Positions 41,442 to 53,291 of a DNA stretch of 64,000 nt are shown here, one piece after another. The position numbers and the translations under genes were made by a program. The stretch spans positions 18,972,001 to 19,036,000 of the forward strand of contig OX597829.1 in NCBI GenBank assembly GCA_951406725.2, written 5' to 3'. How positions within the stretch are numbered: the stretch's first letter is position 1; each line of letters starts with the position of its first letter. The notes beneath the pieces were generated by a model. The model saw only the letters and a list, made by a program, of their open reading frames with translations, was not told where the DNA came from and ran no database searches. Source of the stretch: Octopus vulgaris (taxonomy: Eukaryota).

Positions 41442-42455
41442 ATATCAAAACCATTTGATAAAATAAAAAGAAATATTGGCATAGTTGGCTAATAGGGTTT
41501 CCATAGTGTTACTGTCGTCAGCTTTCTCTATGACAGTAAAATAGTTTTATTATTGAATACAAACATGTACGCTGACTGCTCATTATTGAATACCAATTCA
41601 TTATTAGATACTTTTGTTCTTTCATAACGATCATATACACTGACACAAATGAATAATCTTTGAAGCATCGTGTATTTGCTCCAGTTATTGACAGTATTTG
41701 TGTGTGTATTGATTAATTTTAGTCTTGTCAACTGAGTATAATATACCTGTTGACCAAATTTACTCCAAAATTTCAGAGAACTGTTATTATTGAAGTTATC
41801 TCACTTATTTGTTGTTAGATTTTTTTTTATGTCTAGAGGAGGAAGTTTTTGTCTACTAAATGCATAGATAATTTTAGTTCATTAAAATTTTTCTATTCTT
41901 GATATTGCATTTGTGAATCACGACATTCCTCGATAATGACAACAATGTTTACTATTCATATTAATATATATATATATATATTATGTATATTCTTGGTGCT
42001 CCAGCAAGGCCACAGTCAAATGACTGAAACAAGTATAAGAGAATATATATATATATATGTTAATTGAAGTATACAGCATTATATATCCATTAGGACTAAT
42101 CTTCTTGAATGGTTTCGCATTAGGGGTTCAATTGACTGATAGGTAACAGTCCGATTACATAACCCTGTGCTCTTCAGAGTTGGTAGTTATGGAATGAAAC
42201 CGATCACTAAGATCAGCCATAATGGATATATAATATTGTACCTTCTGATTAATATACCCATTCTAAAGACAAATATATGCACTTTTTCCTGACTTACAGA
42301 TTTGTACACTATATATATATATATATATATATATATCACCGTGATCACCGTGACTGACCAGGCTATCAGATGTAGTTACACATCGCTGGTCACAATGTGT
42401 TCGCATTGTTTTAGCCTTCAAATGACGCCACCCCGCTGGCTAAGCGAGCATGCCA

Positions 42456-42486
<31 letters not shown>

Positions 42487-42769
42487 GAGGCGCAATGGCC
42501 CAGTGGTCAGGGCAGCGGACTCGCGGTTTTGATTCCCAGACAGGGTGTTGTGAGTATTTATTGAGCGAAAACACCTAAAGCTCCACGAGGCTCCGGCGGG
42601 GTGGTGGTGGCGATCCCTGCTGTACTCTTTCACCACAACTTTCTCTCACTCTTTCTTCTGTTGGCCTGCTCGCTTAGCCAGCGGGGTGGCGTCATTTCAA
42701 GGCTAAAACAATGCGAAGCACATTGTGACCAGCGATATGTAACAACATCTGATAGCCTGGTTGGTCACG

Positions 42770-42824
<55 letters not shown>

Positions 42825-43630
42825 TTTTATTTGTTTCAGTCAGACTAAAGCCATGCTGGAACATCACCTTTAGTTGAACAAATCAAACCCAGGACTTATT
42901 CTTTGTAAACCTAGTATCTATTCTATCAGCCTCTTTTGCTGAAGCACTAAGTAATGGGGACGTAAATACACCAACATCGGTTATCAAGCAATGGTAGGGG
43001 GACAAACACATACATACATACATATACAATGGGCTTCTTTCAGTTTCCATCTACCAAATCCACTCACAAGGCTCTGGTCGTCCTGAGGCTAAAGGAGAAG
43101 ACACTTGCCTAAGGTGTTCACATTAGTACTTTGCCAAATCAGCCATTGATCCATATGGTAAATACATATATATATACTGACAGTCAGGATTTAACCAAAC
43201 CATCCAGCGATGGAGTGGTCACTACTGATGAATTGTAATTTCAAGTGAAACTAGTCTTATATAGTCATATACAGGCTTCGTTCTGGGACAGTTATCTCCC
43301 TTGTTAGCATATAAAAAGGTGCTTTATTGCGGCTCTAAGGGTTTTTTAACTCTTATTTTTAGCAATACAGGTGCTACCTAGCACTCTCAGTCACAATTAG
43401 TGACAATTTAATTTTTTCCTTTTCATTTCTTTATTGCATATAGCTACCTGTGTTATTTTATGTATGCATGTATGTATGTAAGTGTGTGTATTTATATATG
43501 TGTGTGTGTGTGTGTATATATATGTGTATGTAGTTATGTATTTTTTATTATTATTAATATGTAGCAGAAGCAACAGAGTGATTCAAGGTCCAAGAGTTTT
43601 GTATATATATATATATACATATATATATAC

Positions 43631-43685
<55 letters not shown>

Positions 43686-44871
43686 TATATATAAATGTAA
43701 TATGTGATAATTATTCAGTAGCCATGATAAAACTCTGAGTTTCAGATGTTAGGGCAGAAACCCACGCCGCCAGCTCTTCAGACATCCAAAACTTGGAGTT
43801 TTATCATGGCTACCGAATAATTGTCACATATTTATATTTACATATAAATTCCTCTATCTACTTAGTATCAAGGTCTCTTTCATTCTTTTGTTGTCTTACC
43901 ATTTCTATCAATTTATGTGTGTGTCTGTGTGTGTCTGTGTATGTATATATTACTGTGTTTATTCAATGCTTAGAGTGGCACTTAACTTGACTAGCACCAG
44001 TGCTCTCTTACATTATGCTTAAGAGTGACCCCTTTTGATGCAAGTCTGATGAAGTGCCACTGTAATGTACAGAATCCCAAGTATTATGTAACTTTTGCAT
44101 GCAATTTCATCAGAAACAAGTGTTGTTCCAGAACAATTATAACTGTCCATTAAAGATGTGCTAGACATTTTTTGCTCTCTTATTTGGATTATATTTCACT
44201 CTTTGCTTGACTCACACATTGGATTTACTGATGCGATGCATGGATTTTTCTGCAACTGAAGAATTTCCATCTTCTTTGAGGGTGTAGATAGTGTTGATCT
44301 TGGGTTGAATGCTGCATTGGAAATACTCTGATTGTCTACCCTATCAGGACCATAACGTGTGTGTGTGTGTGTGTGTGTGTATCTGGTGTATATATACATA
44401 GATATATATATATATGTATGTGTGCGTATGTATATAATTATTTATGTACACACACTTTCTCTTTCTCTCTCTCTCTCTCACACACACATGTATTCTGGGT
44501 TTTCTAAGTTCAAAATCGAAGGCTGCATTTGAATTAACTACAAATCATGAAGATATAAATTCTATGAATAAATTATATGTTTATTTATATAATGTATGTA
44601 TGATGTGTTTATGTATCTATCTATGTATGTATGTACATATGTATGTATGTGTATATGTATGTGTGTATGTATGTACATATGTGTGCATGTATGTATGTGT
44701 GTATGCATGTATGTGCGTGTATATATGTATTATGTGTTTGTGTGCATGAGAGAAAGGGAGAGAAAGAGAGACGGAGAGAGAGAGAGAGAGAGAGATTGTA
44801 TCTGTGAGTGAAAAAGATTAGAAAGAAAAAAGAAAGGAAAAAAATGATAAAGTAAGATAGGGTGTTTTTAA

Positions 44872-44927
<56 letters not shown>

Positions 44928-45666
44928 GTTAAAATTTGCTTCATTATTTATTATTTATTTCATAATGAACTTGTTTGATTACTTTTGTAATTTAACTGAA
45001 AATGTCAAAGTTAATCCCTCATTCATTGTTCTCTCTTGATGTTTGTATTCTTCAGTTAAAAAATTGTTGTAGTTGTTGTTATTGCTGTTGTTTAGCCCTA
45101 GGCCAGACTCAGTCCAGCAGAAGCAAGATAAAACACATCCCAGCCATGACTCTCTTTTTCATGATGGGCATGTGGGTAAATCAACAACTATGGCCAGTTT
45201 AAACACTTAAGGGTTACTGAAGAACCTAGTATTCCTAATTCCCTATTTCATGCCGTTCATTTATTCTTAGGATACTTTTATGGTCATATTTCTGTCAGTA
45301 TGAATTTAGATTTTTTTTTTTAATTTCAAAAGAAATGAAGAATTTGAAGTGATTTAGTAAAATAATTTTTTTATATTGGTTTCTTTTTTATTATTGAAGT
45401 GGAATTCAAAAAGAAGAAAACTTCAAAATACAAATAAATAAATTGAATTTTCTTTTTCTTTTTGCATGAAAAATTATGATGGTATATTTTAATTTAAATA
45501 TTGAATACTTTAAAATGAGAAGTCATTGAACCTTTGTGAATTGGTAGCACAAGAATTAAAGAAGAATCTAATATCACCATTATTTGAAATGGATTAAATG
45601 AATTTAATCCATATCAGGTATTATAACTGCACTTGTTGTTTGTTACATTATTTATTATAAATTTTT

Positions 45667-45702
<36 letters not shown>

Positions 45703-45708
45703 TTGCAG

Positions 45709-45788
45709 GCATGTATTCATCTATAGAACAGAGAAATGGTCAATTACAATTCAAGAAGCAGCCCTGCAGAGTTGTCAGATGGACATAA
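45709..45788 (+). CDS. Candidate terminal coding exon (MYSSIEQRNGQLQFKKQPCRVVRWT*)
   Basis: Long (cttt)n polypyrimidine tract and ttttgcag acceptor; open frame to TAA; AATAAA motifs near 46098 and 46150. No homology recognised. Confidence 0.4.
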
Positions 45789-45871
45789 TAATTCTGTGTC
45801 TGTGTTATTAAAGCATAGCATAGTGTGGTATTTAGCAAAATAATAACTACAGAAAATGGAGAAGAAAATAG

Positions 45872-45942
<71 letters not shown>

Positions 45943-46194
45943 AGTGATATGGGAACAATTGATGTGAACATTTCTCTTTTATTGTGATTTTACTTTGAAA
46001 TTTAAAAATATTGTTAAGAATGCTATGGGAAATTTCACATTAAGAAGATTCTTGAACAATAATTGAAAATCAAACAAAAAACAGCAATGAAGAGAAGAAT
46101 AAAAACAGTCGAAGATCACAATAGTCATAGAGAGGCTCTGATTGAGATGAATAAAAAACAAACTAAAAACTTACTTTTATTCTAATTCTGATAG

Positions 46195-46230
<36 letters not shown>

Positions 46231-46786
46231 ACAAAAAGAAGGAAAGAAATAAAAGTGAAAGAAAATTCCAAGCTGTTTGACCCTTTTGATACCAACCCAC
46301 TTAAGATTGCCCTGGGGTCTTATGATAGAAACTTCCTGCTTTAAAGGGATCTCAGTTAAAAACTTTCCATCAAAATTCCATGTAAATTTGTTTTAAACAC
46401 TAGTTTTACTAAACTCTTCACCATTTTCATAACTGAGACAGTGGCAGTGTCTTTCAACAGAAATAAGGCGACAAAACGGTTAAAATTATCTAATTAAAAC
46501 CTTCAGTCAAAATTCCATATTAATTTAAGCTTTAAATACCAGATTAATATTGACAAAGTTATTTATCTAAATTACTCTTTTACTCTTTTATTTGTTTCAG
46601 TCATTTGACTGTGGCCATGCTGGAGCACCACCTTTTTAGTCAAGAAAATTGACCCCAGGACTTATTCTTTGTAAGCTTAGTACTTATTCTATCGGTTTCT
46701 TTTGCTGAACCGCTAAGTTACGGGGACGTAAACACACCAGCATTGATTGTCAAGTGATGTTGGGGAGGACAAACACAGACACACAA

Positions 46787-46828
<42 letters not shown>

Positions 46829-46832
<4 letters not shown>

Positions 46833-47660
46833 TCATCATCATCATTATCATCATCGTTTAACGTCCGTTTTCTGCGCTAGCACGGGTTGGACGGTTCGAC
46901 CGGGGTCTGGGAAGCCAGGGGCTGCACCAGGCTCCAGTCTGATGTGGCAGAGTTTCTACAGCTGGATACTCTTCCTAACGCCAACCACTCCGTGAGTGTA
47001 GTGGGTGCTTTTTACATGCCACCTGCACATATATATATATATATGCTGTGCGTGAAAAGACCAGGCAGGACAAGTGAGTCCAGCCCACTTATGCATGCCT
47101 TTCCTCCCTTGGACACACAAAGACCTGTTGAGGCAAGCGAAGTCGATATCGAACCTCATCCGATGACAGGCACCTATGCCAACCCCCCTTTGCTTGCGAA
47201 GACCTGTTGGGGCAAGTGAAATCGGAATTGAAATTGAACCATTCCTATGACTGGCACCCGGCAGATGCCAGGACCCCTGGACTGGAGATACGTAAAAAGC
47301 ACTATCCGAATCGTGGCCGATGCCAGCGCCGCCTCGACTGACTTCCGTGTCGGTGGCACGTAAAAAGCACCATCCGAATCGTGGCCGAAGCCAGTGCCGC
47401 CTCGACTGGCTTCCGTGCCGGTGGCACATAAAATGCACCAATCTGACCGTGGCTGATGCCAGCCTCGCCTGGCACCAGTGCAGGTGGCACGTAAAAAGCA
47501 CCCACTACACTCACTGAGTGGTTGGCGTTAGGAAGGGCATCCAGCTGTAGAAACATTGCCAGATAAGACCGGAGCCTGGTGCAGCCTTCTGGCTTCCCAG
47601 ATCCCCAGTCGAACCGTCCAACCCATGCTAGCATGGAGAACGGACGTTAAACGATGATGA

Positions 47661-47663
<3 letters not shown>
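46829..47663. mobile_element. Two oppositely oriented RTE 3' ends nested in the (TA)n linker of a minus-strand SINE
   Basis: 46829-47030 minus copy and 47043-47663 plus copy; SINE tail at 46575-46795 and SINE head at 47735-47900. Confidence 0.8.
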
Positions 47664-47725
<62 letters not shown>

Positions 47726-48335
47726 TACATATATATGACAGGCTTCTTTCAGTTTCTGTTAACCAAATCCACTCACAAGGCTTTGGTCGGCCCAAGGCTA
47801 TAGTAGAAGACACTTGCCCAAGGTGCCATGCAGTGGGACTGAACCTAGAACCATGTGGTTCATAAGCAAGTTACTTACAACACAGCCACTCCTACCCCTA
47901 TAATTCTTTATTCTCTTCAAACTTAACAGAAACAGTGATATATTTCAACAGAAATATAGTAACAAAGGGGGTCAAGGCTGTATCAGAACCAGAATGACAG
48001 ACAATTACAAAATATAAAGCATTTTATCAAGAAAAATGTTTCAATATATCTTTACATGACAAGACATATTAATATGTAGTATAATATTAATATATAGTAT
48101 AATAGAATAAGTTAATATAATATTATTGCCATGTAACATCTGTATTCCATGTTGACATGGGTTACACAGCAATACTATCAGGCCAATGCAATATAATATA
48201 ACCAAATATGTAATAAAATAGTTGAATATTGTTGAAAAGAAAACGTTATGCAATATAATATAAAAGAATAAGTTATTAGAGTAGAATAGCTTGATATAAA
48301 AGAACAGAATAAGTTAATAGAATAGATTAATAAAA

Positions 48336-48802
48336 TATAGGTTGTTGTTAACTTATGACCACAATTGGTTCTGACTGACTGGTCATGAGTCGATTTGGTT
48401 GTAAGTTGGCTTATAGGCCTACATAGATTTGTTTTATATTTTTACATTCTTAAGGTACATCCTCAGATAAAAGTCACACACAGCATTCTGTATTATACTA
48501 CAACAGTGTTATTTGTTTGGAGTCTCAAGCAGTCGTCTAACAAGCTATTACAAGGTTGCCTCAATGTCTCCGCAACAGGTTATTCATCTAACACTTGGGG
48601 TAACCACTGTGGTGATCGTAAACCAAACTTAGAGTAAGCATTTGTTAGCTGACATCATCCGTAGAAGAGTTAATTTCTAAGAAAGTAAACCCATTAGATT
48701 TCAACTAGACTGTTTATTATTGTTGCTGGGAGCTAGCATGCCAATTGTGGTAAAGTCGATCTGTCATAAGTCAGATAGTTCATAAGTTGATGACAACCTG
48801 TA
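48336..48802. mobile_element. pogo/Tigger-like MITE
   Basis: TA-flanked ends taggttgttgttaacttatgac / ttcataagttgatgacaacctg. Confidence 0.6.
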
Positions 48803-49495
48803 GTGTTTGTAGATTGGTATACAATCATCATCACCATTTAACGTCTGTTTTCCATGCTGGTATGGGTTGGATGATTCAACTGGAGCTGGGGAGGGGGCCA
48901 GAAAACTGTACTAAGTTTCAATGTCTGCTTTGACGTGGTTTCTACAGTCAAATGCCCTCCCAACCAATTTACAGAATGTACTTGGTGTTTTATTTTATGT
49001 GGCACTGACACCAGTGATGTAACCTGGAAACTCTGAAGACAAGACACCCCCTCTCCTCAACAGAAGTGGGCTATAGTATTGAAGGACGTGAAAGTACAAA
49101 AGAGTAGTGCTAATCAAAGTGATGGTCTGCAGACCGGTGCTGGTCTGTGAGCCATCAGCTGCCGGTACATGGTGAGTTTCCAGAAAAGAAAGAAATAACT
49201 GCATAATTTCTGTAATTTCACCTTATGCACTGCAGTAAACAACTTATCAGCTTATGTAATATTGTATTATTTGTTTACAAAATAAATATAAGATAGAAAA
49301 AATTGTCAACTTTTATTATATTCATTATATAAGCATAGGAGTGGTTGTGTGTAAGTAGCTTGCTTACCAACCACATGGTTCCGGGTTCAGTCCCACTGCG
49401 TAGCACCTTGGGCAAGTGCCTTCTACTATAGCCTCCGATTGACCAAAGCCTTGTGAGTGGATTTGGTAGACTGAAACTGAAAGAAGCCCGTCGTA

Positions 49496-49556
<61 letters not shown>

Positions 49557-50217
49557 CCCTCTCTCGCTTTCGGAGAGGCACTGAGCAGCTATACGCACAC
49601 ATACACACACGGCAGTAACTTCCACCTACCGAATTCAATCACGAAGCTCCGGTCGGCTCGGGGCTATAGTGGAAGACACCTACCCAAAGTGTATATATAT
49701 ATATATGTATGTGTGTGTGTATATATTTGTGTGTCTGTGTTCATCCCCACCAATATCGCTTGACAACCGATGATGTATTTACGTCCCCATAATTTAGCGG
49801 CTCAGCAAAAGAGGCTGATAGAATAAGTACTAGGCTTACAAGAATAAGTCCAGCATGGCCACAGTCAAATGACTGAAACAAGTAAAAGAGTAAAAGAGTA
49901 TATATATTGTTTCTGGTATAAATTGATATTACTAAGAAATATTACTGGTCCATGGCACATTAGAAAAATAAACTACCAGTATGCCACATCAGATAGTTTG
50001 CAAAGCACTGTGATAGAGGGACAGGAATGAGTGTCTTGTTGAAGAGGTGAATACATGGTTTCCCCCAGTTTGAAAAGAGCGGTTAACAGAGAAGGTGTTG
50101 GGAAAGATTTGTCAGGCTGTAACTTCAAGATACAGGAAATAATACAACAGAATATGTTAATATAATCGATTAGGGTAATATCATATGTTACAATAAGTTA
50201 AGATAGTTAGACACAGG

Positions 50218-50438
50218 TATGAGGGGCTGTTGAAAAGTTCCTGGCTTTGGGTAGAAGAAAATATAGGAGGATCAGTTAATTATGATTTTATTCAACATTT
50301 TCCCTCTCAGAATCACACACTTGTTACATCAGTTCTTTAGTTTTTCTAAGCCCTGTAAAAGAACTTGGAAAGTTGGGCCTCAAAACCAGACCTTTTGCAA
50401 TACCCTTAAAGTCAAGACTTCTTCAGCATCCCCTCATA
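50218..50438. mobile_element. mariner-like MITE (second copy about 50868-51085)
   Basis: TA-flanked TIRs tgaggggctgttgaaaagttcctggcttt / aaagtcaagacttcttcagcatcccctca. Confidence 0.7.
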
Positions 50439-51795
50439 TATATATACATTATCATAATCATCATTGTTTAACGTCTGCTTTTCATGCTGGCATGGGCTGG
50501 ACAGTTTGGTTGAAAACTGGTAAGCCAGGGGGCTGCACCAGATTCCAGTCTGGTTTGGCAAGGTTTCTATGGTTGGATGCCCTTCTTAATACCAATCACT
50601 CCAAGAGCATAGTGAGTGCTTTTTACATGCCACTGGCATGGGTGCTATTGATCTGACACTGGCATTGGCCATGACTACAGCCTCACTTGGCTTAACAAGT
50701 CAACACAAGCATAGTATATCACCAAGTGTCTTGGTCACCTGTCACTGCCCCCGTGAGGCCCAACACTTGAGTGGTGCTTTTTACATGCCAATACATACAT
50801 ACATACATACATGCACACATACGTACACACACATACATAAACACACACACACACACACAAACACATACATAGGAGTGGGTGCTAAAAAGTTATTTTGGGT
50901 AAAAGAAACTACAGGGGGCTCAGTTAATTATGATTTTATTCAACATATTCCCCTTTCAGATTCAAACACTTATTGCAGTGGTCCTTCAGTTTTTCTAAGC
51001 CTTGTAAAAGAACTTGGAAAGTTGGGCCTCCAACCAGGCCTTTCGTGATAGCCTTAAAGCCAGGAACTTTACAGCACCTCCTTGTATATCTGTGCAGTTA
51101 AGGAATTTGCTTGTGAAGCACCTGGTTCCAGGTTCAGTTCAACTGTGCAGCACCTTGGACAAGTGTCTTCTAATGTAAAACCATCTTTTATTTTATCTTT
51201 TACATGTTGAAGTTGTTGGGTGGATGGAGGGGCACTGTCTTGAAGGGTTTTAGTCAAACAAATCAACCCCAGCACTCAATTTTTTAAAACTCAGTACCTA
51301 TTCTAGCTTTCTCTTGTTGCCGAACCACTAAGTTACAGGAATGTAAACAAACCAACAGCAGTTATCTGGTAGTAGTGGGGGACAAAACACAAAGACACAC
51401 ATATGTATTAAAGGATGAATGGTTAGTGGGTGACAAAGAGATAGAGAAACAGAAACATCAGGCCTCTTCAGTTTTCATCTATTAAATCCACTCACAAGTC
51501 TTTGATCAGCCTAAAGTTACAGAGGAAGATACTTGTCTAAAGGTACTACACATTGGAACTTGAACCTGCTATCAAGTAGTTGATAAGCAAATTTCTCAAC
51601 CACACAGCCATAGCTACACTTATGCTTTTATATATTTTAAGTGAAGAAATGTTGTTTCTAGATTATAAACTGCATATTGAAGAATCTTTGAAATTTTAAG
51701 GAATTATGCGAATAAATGTTTTATGGTATTTTTCTTTCCTTTTTTTTTGTTGTTGTTTCTAATTTTTTAATTTTTTTGAACCCAATGCTTCTTAG

Positions 51796-51888
51796 AAATT
51801 GTTGTGGATGGGATGCAGTTGGTTTAGAATTTGGAAAGTTTTCATCAGAAACATGGGAGAAATATCGTAAGACTGTTCATGAATTTTT
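51796..51888 (+). CDS. Candidate 93-nt internal exon (NCCGWDAVGLEFGKFSSETWEKYRKTVHEF), gene unassigned
   Basis: T-rich tract with ttctaat branch-like motif, cttcttag acceptor, TT|gtaaga donor; symmetric phase 2-2; single open frame in non-repetitive sequence. Confidence 0.5.
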
Positions 51889-53291
51889 GTAAGATATTTT
51901 TTTTTCTTCCCTGGGCTTAAATTATGTAGAAATGTAGTATCAAATAAAAATAATATTCAATGTCTGGAGAAGGAAGAACAAAAAATCTATGAGCTTATAA
52001 GAAGCTTGTTTCCCAAACTCATGGTTCCAGGTTCAGTGTCACTCAGTGGCACTTTGGGTGAGTGTTTCCTACTATATATATAGCCTCAGGCCAACCAAAG
52101 CCATGTGAATGGATTTGGTAGATGGGAACTGAAAAAAGCCTGTCGCATATATGTGTGTGTCTTTGTATCTGTGTTTGTCCCCCACCCCACCATCACTTGA
52201 CAACTGATGTCGGTGTGTTTACATCCCCATAAATTAGTGGTTTGACAAAAGAGACTGATAGAATAAGTACCAGGCTTACAAAGAATAAGTCCTGGGGTGG
52301 GGTGGGGGTCAATTTCCTCGACTAATAGATGGTGCTCCAGCATGGCCACAGTCAAATGACTGAAATAAATGAAAGAATAAGCATGGCTATGTGATAAGTA
52401 GTTTGGTTCCTAACTACAAGGTTTCAAGTACAGTCTTAGTGCATGCTATCTTGGGCAAGTGTCTTCTACTACAGCCCTGGGCAAAACAAAGCCTAGTCTT
52501 GTGAGTGGATTCGGTAGATGGAAAATATAGGTAACTAACCAGTGCTTTCATAGAATTTATATATACATATACATATGCATATATTTATATATATATATAT
52601 AGGTAAGCAGAGTTAGCAGTTATAATAACCAACTATATATATGCTAGCTGTGGTACCCGGTAAAAAAATTACCATTAATAAGATGTCTATTTATAGCCAT
52701 GAAACATCTTACATTAAATTTCAGCATTTTTCAAAAAATTAAAATCTGTCTTAATGGGTTGGACCAATTTGACGAAAAAATGATCAGTCTGGTAGCGAAC
52801 CTATGATGTCATTTTTGTGCATGTGTGTAAAATGGTGAAGTTTTATACTTTGGGGCAGATTTCATCAAATTGATGTTACGATGGCTAGTGCGCAAAATGC
52901 CTAAATTTTACTTGAGAAATAAAATGGTCTTACCTAATCAAAACCTGAAATGATGGGGAATTAAAACAATGAATTGAAATAATAAGTTTTAGCAAATCAA
53001 AATAATTCGCATTGAAATGAAATATTAGCAAATACTAAATAGATTACTGTTAATAAGCTGTCTGTTTATACCCATGAAACATTTTTTTGTCAAATTGATG
53101 TCATGTTGGCTAGTGCAAAAAATGTTGAAATTTTACAATTTTTGAAAAATCGATGCTGATTAAAAATCGATTTTTAAAAAATTCCAAGTGCGTAAGTGAC
53201 TGCATGGACACAAGCCTCACACATGTGTCAAGTTTCATCAAGGTTTGTTGGTTGATCTTGGTGGAGTTAAAGTAACAAATTCACCAACACA

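Noticed and set aside
44046-44113. CTGATGA ... TCATCAG as a hammerhead
   Set aside because: Only a short inverted repeat; no properly placed GAAA, NUH triplet or stem I.
44196-44399. Minus-strand 67-aa ORF with non-repetitive tail
   Set aside because: Starts in a microsatellite; weak acceptor and no recognised homology.
49105-49177. ATG|gtgagt as first exon for the 51796 exon
   Set aside because: All three joins hit early stops, and the sequence looks like a hAT-MITE subterminal region.
45709-51888. In-frame TGA (selenocysteine) created by joining TG|gtcaat at 45738 to the 51796 exon
   Set aside because: Poor donor, no SECIS identified, no selenoprotein similarity.
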